DNA from: Vitrella brassicaformis CCMP3155
Taxonomy: Eukaryota; Protista; Chromerida
DNA: 64,000 nt
Reading direction: 5' to 3'
Assembly: GCA_001179505.1 (NCBI GenBank)
Contig: CDMY01000274.1
Span: 76,558 to 140,557, forward strand
This document shows, one piece after another, positions 37,807-50,000 of the stretch (position 1 is the stretch's first letter; each line of letters opens with the position of its first letter). The notes beneath the pieces are model-generated. The model had not been told where the DNA came from, searched no databases, and saw only the letters and a list, made by a program, of their open reading frames with translations. A program made the position numbers and the translations under genes.

Positions 37807-40622
37807 ATGAGAGGGCTCTTTGGAGCCGGGGCGGTGGCGCGCCTTCAACACTCCTGGCAGCGGTGCTCGAAGACGCTGCCAGGATGGTTGTCGCATCGTC
37901 GGCTGTCGACGGTTCCTTTGTCGGAGGCGATGAAGCGGAAGAGGGTGGTGGGGCACTTCGGCGACTCATTCACCGAGCCACAGGAGACGCCCAACGAGGG
38001 GATGCACCAGAGGTGAACACGTACACACACTCAACTCAATGACTCACAATGATCCATTGATTGATTGACTCATTCACTCATTGATTGTGATGTGTGTGTG
38101 ATGGTGTGTTTGGTTGCTTTGTGTGAGTCAGGTACGGCCAGCAGTTCGACAAGGTGAAGCGCATTCTGGCGTCGACCAACATGTTCTCCCACGCCCTCAT
38201 CGAGGAGGAGTGCCTCGAGTACTACAACAACCTCGGGCTCAACGAATACTACTTCCAAACCACCGCACCTGAAATGATCGCCAAAAACCTGCAGGCACAC
38301 ACACATACACAACACACACAAAACGCATGCAGAGACCCCTATGACATGGCTGTGGCTGTGGGTGTGGCTCTCTGCGGTGCAGTCGGTGATAGCTGCCAAG
38401 ATCCTGAATCGTGCGAGCGACAACGACCTGTTTCCGGTGATCCAGCAGGAGACCGACACGGAGGTCTTCTGGATGGCCCGGTCGTCGCTGCTGAACCGCA
38501 AGCAGTCGCAGAACTACCAGGTGGAGCGCATGCTCGAGCAGAAATACCTCAACCTGGGCGGGGTGGACGTGGCCGGAAAGGTCAAGCCGTGGAGGCTGCA
38601 GTGCTACAGGTGCGGTGGCTGGGTGGGTGAGACGGCGGGCAGGCGACGTGTGTGTGTATTACGGGTGTTAGGTCGACTGGTTCGATCTATGACGACCCTG
38701 AGAAGTACTCTGAGCGGCTGCGGACGTACTTCCTGCAGAGGATTGAGTACCCCGAGTACACGCCAGAGGTGAGGAGCGAGCCACAGACAGCCACTCGGCC
38801 ACACCATGTGTGTGTTGCCTCTGTGTGTGTGTGTGTGTGTGCAGGAGCTTCAGGGCCTGGAGAACAATTCCGAGCTGAAGCGCATCACAGACGTGTATTT
38901 CTACGCCAACAAGAAGGGCACCGCCACCGAGGAGATATTCCAGAACCTCGTCAACAGAGTCGTCAACGACCCTTCGGGCCTCGGTATCTTCATCAACGTG
39001 GTCAGACACAGAGCTGCAACCACCAGATGCAGCCAGGTCACACGTCTGCTTTGTGTGTGTGTGTGTGTGCGTGCGTGTGTGGCGTGTTCAGGAGCCGCGC
39101 GAGGATGGGTATTTCCGTCTGGACATTGCCTTTCGCCGCCACCACATGGTGGCGGACTTCTTCTCGACGGTCGGCGACACCATCGCCATGTGGGGCATGT
39201 ACTCACAGCGGAAATACGTCGAGCCGCTCGCAAACGGTCCGTCACGCAGCCCACCAACAACCCATTGCCTATTGGATCGCCCGAATGGTGCAGGTGTGAC
39301 GATGATGACGGCCTTCATCCATTTGCTGCCCGACCCGAACGAGGTGATCCACCCCGAGCTGACGCTCGAGAAGCGGATATCCCGGGTGGTCAAGGCCCTC
39401 AAGATGCAGTATCTCCTGCCCAGGAGCCACTTCACTGACCTCGCACAGGCCCGGCTGCTCAGCGTACACGAGGCCGCATACGCGTACGCCGTCTTCCGCT
39501 TCATCTACCAGTTCAGCGGAACCGTCGGACCCGCCTTTGCGCGGATTGCCAATGTGCTACAAGGTGGGGGGGATGGAAGGAGTCAGAAGGTGGTCCGCTC
39601 ACCGTGTGTGTGTGTGTGTGTGTGTGTGTGTCATGTGTGCAGATTCGGCTGAGGTGTCGAGCCAGGAGTTGTATGAGGTCCGCAGTCGGCTCAAAAGGCC
39701 GCCGTTCTCTGAGGAAACGATCGGTGACGCCGTGGCCAAACATCCAGACATCGTCAGGAAGCTATACAAAGAGTTCCAGGTTCGTTGGGCAAACCATCGG
39801 CAGGAAGGAAGCGCACCCACTGTCTTGCTGCCTCTGTGCGTGTGTGCGTATATGTGGTGGGCGTGTGCTCAGGAGCTGCACCATCCGACGATATACAAGG
39901 CGAATGACAACCAGCTAACCCCATTCAACCCCGCAGCACCCGTCGCTGCTGACATCGAGCGGCTCGACGACCCTGATAGGGTCAGAATATTCGGGTAAGC
40001 GCATACGCGCAGACGACAGACGGACAGGACGCCCCCACCACGCACACCTGTCGACATGGGTGTCTGTGTCTTTCCTTCCTGCCTGTCTGCCTGCCTGTCT
40101 GCCTGGCAGGATGTTTCGCGAGTTCAATCAGTATGTGGAGAAGACCAACTTCTGGAAGGAGAACAAGCTGAGCCTGGCCTTCAGACTCAACCCGTCCTTC
40201 CTCCCTGACAGCGACTACCCCGAGAAGCCACACGCCGTCATCTTCGCAGTCGGCAACGGCCTCTACGGATTCCACACACGCTTCTCAGAGGTCGCCAGGG
40301 GCGGCATACGCGTCGTATGGTCCAACTCACAACAGGTCCGGCTGCACGAACACTTGCATGCCTGTTGACGCCCTCTCCCTCTCTCTCTCTCTCTCTGCGT
40401 GTGTGTATGCGTGTGGACGGGGCAATGTGTGTGCAGGCGTACCTTCAGAACCGGCAGCGCGCGTTTGACGAGTGCTACAATCTGTCCCGGACGCAGCACA
40501 ACAAGAACAAAGACATCCCGGAGGGCGGCGCCAAGGGGGTCATCCTCCTGCCCCAGACGTCCGGCATCGCGGTCAGACATAAGCGCCAACCCACAGAGGC
40601 CATGGATATGCATGGAGCCATT

Positions 40623-40662
<40 letters not shown>

Positions 40663-42607
40663 TGTGCAGGAAGCGGCTGCGTTGACGCCAGTGGCGTTCA
40701 AGAAGTATGTGGACGGCTTGTTGGACCTGCTGCTTCACGACGACCGCATTGTGGACCGGCTGGGGCACCCAGAAGCCCTGTTTCTCGGTCGGTGAGGAGG
40801 AATCGACAGCACCACCACCACACAGCCCGGATGCATCTTGGGTGGGTGATGGGTCCTTCCTGGCCAGGGCCTGACGAGCACACGGGGACGGGCGGGTTGA
40901 TGGACTGGGCGGCCAACCATGCCAGACACAGGGGCGCCTGGTTCTGGAAGGTCAGAATACAAAGCTACCGACCATCACACACCGACTGGCATTCACTCTC
41001 TCTTATGTCTGTGTCTGTGTCCAGGGCTTCACGACGGGCAAGGCGCCCAACATGGGTGGCATCCCACATGACATCTTCGGCATGACCACCACGTCTGTCG
41101 AAGGTTTCATCAATGGCATCCTGCACAAGCTCGGCAGGAAAGAGGACGAGGTCACCAAGTTCATGACCGGCGGGCCGGATGGCGACCTAGGATCAAACGG
41201 CATACTCATGTCCAAGACCAAGACGGTCGGTATTGTGGACGGCTCAGGGGTGCTCTACGACCCCAACGGGCTCGACCGCCCAGAGCTCGAGCGCCTGGCG
41301 CACAAGCGCTTCGAAGACGGGCCCGACCAGACGTGTGCCATGCTCTTCGACGCGAGCAAGCTGAGCCCCGGCGGCTTCAAGGTGTCGATTCACGACAAGG
41401 ACGTCACCTTGCCCGACGGCACATACGTCCCATCCGGCCGCACCCTGCGGGACGAGTTCCACCTGACGAGCACGCTGAGGGCCGATCTGTTCAATCCCTG
41501 TGGGGGCCGGCCTGAGTCAATCAACGCGCTAAATGTGCACCGGATGTTCGACAACGAGGACATCGAGAAGGGGCACCCGCGGTGAGCAGCAAATGTCACC
41601 ACACACACACACACACATAGGCCATATCGACCTGTGTGCTGTCGTCCCGTCCCATGTCAGGTTTCAGTATGTGGTGGAGGGCGCCAACGTGTTCATCACG
41701 GACGACGCGCGCCGCGTGCTCGAGAAGCGGGGGGTGATCCTGTTCAAGGACGCGTCGGCCAACAAGGGCGGCGTGACGTCGTCTTCGTTCGAGGTGCTGG
41801 CGGCCCTCACCATGACAGACGAGGAGTTCGACCAGCACATGAGGTGCCCGCTGAAGGAGAACGGCGCCATCGACCTTGACAGAGCCCCCCAATTCTACAA
41901 AACGTACTTGCACGAGGACACCGCACGGGCCACCAACACCCACAGGACATCTCTCCCCCTCTCTCCCTCTCTCTGTGCGCTTGGTGTGTATGCAGTTATG
42001 TGGAGCAGGTGAAGCACAAGATCGAGGAGAACGCGAGTCTGGAGTTTGAGGCCCTCTGGCGTGAGGGCGAGCGCAGCGGCAAGCCCATCTGCGACCTGAC
42101 CGACATCCTCTCGAGCAAGATCATCGCACTCGACAACCAGATCCAGGCACAGGCCAGGGCATCCCGCAAGGGCGGGCGTCCCTCGTCGCTCTGGGGCGAC
42201 CCCGTGCTGCGCGAGGCCACCCTGCAGGAGGCCATCCCCGATGCACTGTGCCCCGGACTTGTCAATGTCGAGGGGCTCATGACACGGTGCGTGAATGGGG
42301 TGGGAGGTGGGGAGGTACAGATGGATGGATGGATGGATGTGTGTCCGTGTTCAGGATTCCCGAGTCGTATCTGTTGTCGATCTTCTCCTCCTTTCTGTCT
42401 GCCCGCTTCTACTACATCAACGGCATCGAAGCAAGCCCCTTCCACTTCTTCGGTCGGTCAGACCACCAACCACGCACGCACCTCCTCTCTGCCTGATTCA
42501 CTGTGTGTGTGTGTCTTGTCCATCGATCCTCAGACTTTGTTGGTGCGATCCGCACACGTGGCTGGCAGAGCCTCCGAGAATCCTACAACGAGGACGCCGC
42601 CAAGTGA
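37807..42607 (+). CDS. GDH2: Large NAD-dependent glutamate dehydrogenase (fungal GDH2 type) with probable mitochondrial presequence
   Basis: GFHTRFSEVARGGIRVV; LSRTQHNKNKDIPEGGAKG; LFLGPDE; FTTGKAPNMGGIPHDIFGMTT; KFMTGGPDGDLGSN; DLFNPCGGRP; VVEGANVFIT; KDASANKGGVTSSSFEV. N-terminus MRGLFGAGAVARLQHSWQRCSK joins exon 2 in frame. Confidence 0.95.
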
Positions 42608-44017
42608 TGGACACACACGTGGATGGATGGATGGATGGATGGATGGGCGCCTTCGGTCGGTCTGTATGTCTCTATCGCTCACTAGTCAGCTAGGGGAATG
42701 GGTGGCTGCATGGATGGCCCGTTGTGTGTATGCTTTTTTCACTGTTGTACAGCTACGCTAAGCTCATCCTCGCACAGACAGACAGCCCGGCTTCGCGCTT
42801 GTCTTTTCAATTTTCGCCTCAAACAGGCTTATAGGGTGCGAGAGCCACGCACTGTCGGCTGCATGTGGCGGGTGCGTGTCGGTGTTGTAACCCACATGGG
42901 CGTGGGTGCGTTGCGTTGTACAGGTGGGTGGGGGCTGTGTGGGTGGGTCTACCTTTCGTTTGGGTGAGTCTGTGTGGTGCCTGCCTGCTGGTGCTGTGGT
43001 GCCGTTTTTTCCTGTCAACCGCAGATTGGTGCTGCGTGTTGTCTTGTGGGTGTGTCGGTGTACTGTGTGTGCGACAGACAGACAGACAGAGCGGCAGAGA
43101 GAGAGAGGGAGAGAGAGCGGCGGAGAGAGTTAGGTGATGTGGCATAGCGTGATACGGTGACCATCTATCCAGTGAATGCACCCACTTGTCACCAAAGTAT
43201 GCTCTCGAGAGACAACCAATGCAAGATCGCAACAGAGGCGAGGAAGCCCGCACACCACAATACAGACAAGCCATCATCGGCGACCACCCGTTCTTTCCAC
43301 ACGCACGGGAAACACAGATGGACGGATGACTGCATTGATGGGAATGGATCAAAGGGGCAAATTGACTGATTTGCATCTGTATATGCGTCCACGAACTCAG
43401 TCAAACACTCCATCGATCGGCCGGCCGTCCAGCCACCGACCGACATGCATGGACACCGCACACACACACACATAGCGATCGGTCCCTTCACGTTACACAA
43501 TATGCATGTTGTTCCAAGTGCACTCCTCTACGACTACCACTGGCACGTGAGGCATCACCAAGCAACTTGTCACCTAGGTTGCGTGGCTAGCTGTCCTCCA
43601 CCCACTGACAACGCATCCACACGCCCCTTCTGCCTGTCTGCCTGCCACACTACAACAGAGTACGTGAGGCCTTCAGATGACCGAGCCAGTCATACGACGT
43701 GGCAAAAAAAAGTAGCGTAAGTATGTGCATCGCCATGTACTTACATGTGCATCACATCCAATACCCGACACAGCACTATGCTGCAGCCATGGAGAGACAA
43801 GAGACGCGTCGATTACACGTCGTGTGTGGTGTGTGTGCACCCTTGGCTACGCAGATGCGGGCACAGCTGATAGGTCGAGTGTATTCATTGCCCCGTATCA
43901 CTCACTACTCACTCACTCACAGCACACAGACAACCCTGGCCACAAATCGTAAGCTCTCAAAAACACACGTCGACTACGACCTTATGCATACCGCTTCGTC
44001 CATTCTACTACACTAAG

Positions 44018-47000
44018 TCACATCTCTCTCTGACGCCTTCTCAGCCTCCCTCGCCTGTCTGCGCGATTCCAACCAGCTCCGGAGGAGAGACAAGCCGTTC
44101 CAGAGCACTGCTGCGGAGGTAAGGACGGCAGAGAGTGTGGTGCGGACCTGTCTGTCGGCTGTGCTTCGATGCGGGAGACCTCCGACTGATCAAGACCTAC
44201 ATCATCGGATTTCTTGCCGGCCTCCAGTCGAGTGGACACTGAACACATCACCATCACATGTGTGTGCGTAGTACATATCACGATGACGTAACAAACCGAC
44301 CTTCGCTAGAGTTGCGAAATATAGTGGAGAAATCGGTAGTCCTCATGTCCCGCAATTTCTGCCCAGCCAGCCAAACAAACATCCAGCCGCGGACATGAGC
44401 AGGTCCTCCCTCGTTGCCTTGCTTACGGTGGCGCTGCCGTCGTCGGGTTTCGGCAGGTGGACGACCACATGGCCTCCTCGTCGGCTGCGCGTCTCCACTC
44501 GCCTCTGCCGCAGGCTCTGCACCAAGAAGGCATTGCTCCACAGGAACTCATGGCTGACCAAACCAACACATACACAGACAAATCATCTACTACTGTGCGT
44601 GGTGGTGCGTGTGTGTGTATGTGCTTACAAGTCTCCGGGCACGTCTGTGAGTTTGAGTTTCTCTATGGCTTCCTGCACGGCGGCTGACGTCAGCTGCATG
44701 GCCGTCACCACACGATGCACTGGCCGGCCGGCATACAGAGAGGCAGAAGCAGCAGCAGGGGGGCCGTCAGCGGAGAGGGCCGCGCTGGACCAGTCATAGA
44801 AGACTTTGGGTGAAAAGCGCCGTCTGCCTTCCTCTCTGTGGATGAGCCACGACACTAGAGGGCCACTCAGACAACCAGAAACAACTCGGGCTGATTGAAA
44901 TGAGACGACACACGCAGGCTGATGGAACAGAGGATGATGGTTGTGTGCTCTTCCATTGCCCACCGAAACCCTTTTTGCGGTCGGTGAGGGCCGTGTAGGT
45001 GTAGCCCACTTGCAGCAGGCCATACCGACATATCTGCGTGCCCAGCATGATGTAGTGCACCAGATTAACCGCAATGACTACCAGCACAAGGCCGACCGTC
45101 AGATCCAGTGAAGTCCCCTCGGGCAGCATGACAACAAAGTGCATGACGAACAGCGACAGGAGCCAGACCAGCAGCCCACGCAGCTCAGACCGATTGAGGA
45201 TGTCCATGTTGCCACGATCGAACGGCCAAACAGCGAAATGCAACGCCAGACAGACCGTGGCGACCACAGTCCAGCTGAGCAGCTATTGGCGGGGCTGCGC
45301 CGTCGCTTGCTGTGCGATCAGCAGCACCAATACACGCCGCATGGCAAAGATGGCGTCCCAATAGTAAAAGTTCTTGCGATACCCGGCATACAGGAAACCC
45401 ACTCGCCGTCGAGTGTGGTGGTCCTGCAGGCCGTCTCTGTGTCGCCATAGAAACGCCACGCCGCCAATGACGGGGGCGAATGTCCAGAGCAATAGACCAG
45501 CCACGGCAATCCAGAGGAAAGGGGCATGCTCGGCCGACCGACAGATGACGTGTGAGTCGAGGTCCATTCGGGGACGCATGTCATCCATCGGGTCAATGGG
45601 CAGCAGGCTGACACTCTCGCCTGGCGCGATAAATATAACACCGTCCACATAGGGATACCATCGACACCGCAGGAGGGCCAGCATGTTCTTGGTCACTGTG
45701 GGATGAAGAAAGGTGAGGATGACGACCATCATGGTGCCCCGGTTGTCGAGCCACTGCCGCCATCGGCCGCTCTTGGGCGGCTCCGCTGACGAATGCTGAC
45801 AGGAGGGACGCGTCACTGGCTCGGTTCGGGAGTCATTCTGGAATGTGACCGTTCGCTGGTAAGGGCCGTGTGCGGCGGTGGCGTTGTCGGCTCTGCCATC
45901 GGTTACGGACGGCGGTGTCGAGAGGGCTCGGAGGTGGGTGTCGGTGGCCAATGGAGTTGATTGGTCGCTGCCAATGCGCCGTCTCGACTTGAAGGCATGC
46001 CGCGCTTTGTCAAACCCGCTCGCTGCAGCCGTGACACGACAAGGTGGAAACCACCACAATACGTCGCCCTCTAGGATATGTGTGTATGGTTACCAATGAG
46101 GGGCACAGCTGTAAGCCAAATGAGTGGGAGCGCCAGCCACATGGCATGGCGATATAACACGCATTCGTCGCCCACGTAAGGCCTCAGCACACACTCGCAC
46201 ACCTGTTCGATTGGTGTCCGTGTGTTGTGTTGGTGTGCTGACTGTGATGTGATCCATGGCTACCTGATAGCTTTGCGCGATGCCGCCATCCCAGGCGAAG
46301 AACCTGCCGAGCAGCGACGATATCTGGTCGCCCCAGATGGACGACTTGTCAAACGCGAGAAAGGCCAACCCGCACACCTGCACACACACCCCACCAGCAA
46401 CAACAGAGAGGTGATGAGAGGCGAGTGCACGTCTTTCTGCATCTCGTAACGTACAGCGGTGATGTGCGAGAGTCCGATTTTGGTCAATTGAGAGGGCACC
46501 TCAGCGCCCAGAGACGAAGCCGCCCTGCACACACACAGACACACACACATACACACACACACACGCACACGCAACACGAAAATCGATCGACTTAAAAGTC
46601 TTGCGTGAGAGGTGGACCGTTCCGCGAGTGCTGTGAGTATGAAGATGGCCATCAGAGTGGCAACCAGGAGGAGCACATTGACAACCGCAATCTGCCACAG
46701 CGGGGCACACTCGGTGCACGGCTGCTGGGGCGTCTGACGCGAGAAACCCGCCTTGCACCGAGAGCACACAAAACCCTCATGCCCTTCCTGTGTGACACAC
46801 AAACAAGGCAAGAACGAAAAAATGGCGTTTCTCGGAGGGATGCAATTGGCTCTTACCGAGCATATGTTGAGGCCATTTGTCTTGTTGGTGCCTATACAGG
46901 CCGACGGCAACGGGCACGGCGTCACTATCGGCAACGAGGTCAACCTAGCGCCATATCTGAGAGACACCAAGACCTCGCTCACTTGCCTGCTCGGCAGTCG

Positions 47001-50000
47001 CCTTTTGTCCTTACGTCGTCACTTCACGAGTGGCATTGTGGGATGAGCCAGCCGACTGCAGCTGGACAGTGAGCTGAAAGAAGCCCGGCAGCACGCTCGC
47101 ATTGTAGTTCACGGGAACGGAGCAGTCCAATCCAGGCAAACAGTCCTGGCAGATCCAGGCGATGCGACTTCCATCAGCGCCGCCTTTGCGCACGCCGATA
47201 GACCCAGCCGTACACGGCTCGCACGGCTCCTCGCCGCGCTGGTGGCCAAGACGGCAATAGCACGCAGGTGAGCCTTCCTCAGAACCTGCATACACACGCG
47301 TAGACCAACAGTGTAAGTCGCAAGGGCTACTGGAATGTGTTTGTTCCATCTCTGACCTGCATCATCGGGGCATTGTTTGCACGTTTGTGTGCCGATTTCT
47401 CTGTTGCTGTATGTGTCAGGGGGGCACTTGGTGCAGTTGATGCCGGTGCCCTCGTATCCGGGCAGGCACCGACACAGGGCATCCGAGGCGAAGGTGTAGT
47501 CGACCTGTGCGAGCAGGGAGAACACTAGTGAGCACAGTGGGTACAATCAGCACATGTACTCGTTCTGTGTACTTGACCATACGGAATCTGACCTCAAGCC
47601 TGTTGTGTACCGAGCAGAACTCCGTGCATTCGAACCGCTCCTCACCGTTCTCCAACGTCCGCACGACATATCCTGCACCAACCATGTCCAACCACATGCA
47701 CTGATGTGGACTGACGCACTGCAGTGGGTATCTGCTCTCCGTGTGCTGTGACAAAGGGCCTACTGTACCCTGCGGGTCGGGCACCAGTGGCGTCACGCGT
47801 GGATCGTCGTACGCAGTTAATGATGGGCACCGAATGAAGCTTTGATGCGCACCGCTTGACCGTCGCAGATCATTACACTTCTAAACCACATACACCCCCC
47901 ACAGACACCGATAGAAACACACATATATCGGCCACCAATACATAGGCTCTGCTCTTTTTCTCACCTCGATGGGTGTAAGGCTGATACACACATCGGTCTG
48001 CTCACTTCTCAGGTCTGGATTCTGTGTGAACCTCGCGTAGTCGGATGAAGGCAGCCTAGAGTCGGGCCTTCCCACTCGTCTCAGTGAGTTGTTACGGATG
48101 TCGACGTGGTACAGCGGGGACTCAAACGCTTGAAACGTAGCGATGGCGGTGATGTTGTTGTTGCTCAAAGAGATTGATCCCAGGTGACGAAATGCTGTCA
48201 CACTCTCTCTTTCGTCCAAGGAGTCACCCACCTGAGCATACGCACAAAAGAGTGCTGGTTGTGCGTTTCTTTGTCTGGATGTGGGATCGGCAATTACCTC
48301 TGCGGCGTGGCCAAGCAGTCTACGGGGGAATGTCAAGAAGGCCTCACAACGCATCGCGCCGTACAGATCGCAATTCGATGCATCCAGCACCACCAAACTA
48401 TCAGGAATACGAAGACACAGCGCAGAAAGCAAATGCCACAAAGCTAGCGATCCTCACTTACTTGTTCTGCCATTTGAGAGGCATGAAGAACTCAGTCACG
48501 TCGACATTGATTGGGTTGTTTGACACGTCCAGCTCGTACAGACTGTCCCAGTCAGGTGGATCCGACGACAGCAAATTCAACAAACGTATCCCGCCCGTAT
48601 CTAGAGTTTCGTCACACAAATGCACACAAGAGAATACATACAAACTCCTGACTACCTGGCTGCCTGCCTGTCTGGATGTAGTGTGTGTGTGTGTGTGTAT
48701 CAGAGCTCACCCAAGACACCCGGTTTTTTGCAGGCCCCTTCCGCTGTGGAACCCCACTTGGGCCACTGGCTGATGTGATTGTTGGCGAGGTATAGCTTCT
48801 CCAAGTTGGGCATTGAGTGAAAGCCCTCCGGCAGAGTGGTCAGAAGGTTGTCGCTCAGATCCAAGGAACGCAATCTAAGAGAGATTATCCCCCTAAAATG
48901 TTCCTTTTGTGTGAGCAGGCGTGTTTCTCACTGACGATTGTGGGATGCTGCCGGTGACTCTCGTGATGAGATTATGGTCGAGCCGGGCGTTCTCGAGTTT
49001 GGGGAAGACAGACAGGTCAACGGACCCATTCAGACGATTGTGGTCGACCTGTAACCAGTGAAGGCTCTCGTACCCACGGCCGCGAAGGCTGTGCTCCACA
49101 AATCCGACCAGTCTGACGATTCACATGCCCAACCGTTACATGCCCGCAGCACCTGTATAGCGTACAGCACACCGGTTGTTATCTGCGGTGATTCTACTGA
49201 GGTTCTTGAAAGCCGAAAAGCCGACAGGCAGGTGACCTTCGAACTGAAACGAAAACCCCAACACACACGCTGACCAGTAGTTATAGCATGTCGGTCCTCA
49301 CTATTGGTCATACCGAGTTGTTGCCAACCCACAGTCGCCTGAGGGACGTGAGGTCGCTGAGCGGCTCTAGTGTGCCGGCAAACTTGTTGCTGCCAATATC
49401 AAGAGACTCGATCGACTTCAAGCCACTCAATGAGGGCGGCAACTCACCCGAAAGCTACACACACAAGCACGGGAAGGCACAGTAACGAGTGCGGCGTTCC
49501 CATACCATACATCTTTGCCGTCTGGTGATACCGAGTTCTCGCCAATCCACAGCTGCCTGAGCGACGTCAGGTTGCTGAGCGGATCTAGTGTGCCGATAAA
49601 CTTATTGTTGCGCAAATTCAGATACTCGATCGACTTCCAGCCACTCAAAGTGTCCGGCAAGGCACCAGATAGCTGCACGTGCATGAAACACGGGAAGGCA
49701 CAATAACGCAGTTACAGCCCATATATATACCTGGTTGCCTTTAAGGCTCAATTCGCGTAGATTAACCAGTAGCCCTAGTTCAGATGGGATGGGGCCCGAA
49801 AGCTAAAGAACACGGGAAGGCACAAGACGTGATTCATCTGTATGGCTTTCGACCTGGTTGACCCCAAGGTGCAATTGGCGTAGGCGGACCAGTTGCCCTA
49901 GTTCTGAGGAAATGGAGCCACTCAAGCCTGCCTCACGCATGGCTAGTCGCGTCAGGCTTCGCGCATCGCCCAGCGAAGACGGCAGTGGACCGGAAAACTG

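Noticed and set aside
42700-44000. Short ORFs between GDH and the LRR receptor
   Set aside because: Microsatellite-derived CVCV/HTHT peptides; probably UTR or intergenic.
45283-45285. Genome-wide TAG-to-Gln code reassignment
   Set aside because: No other gene here has in-frame TAG, and the restored copy B frame ends on TAG at 32023-32025.
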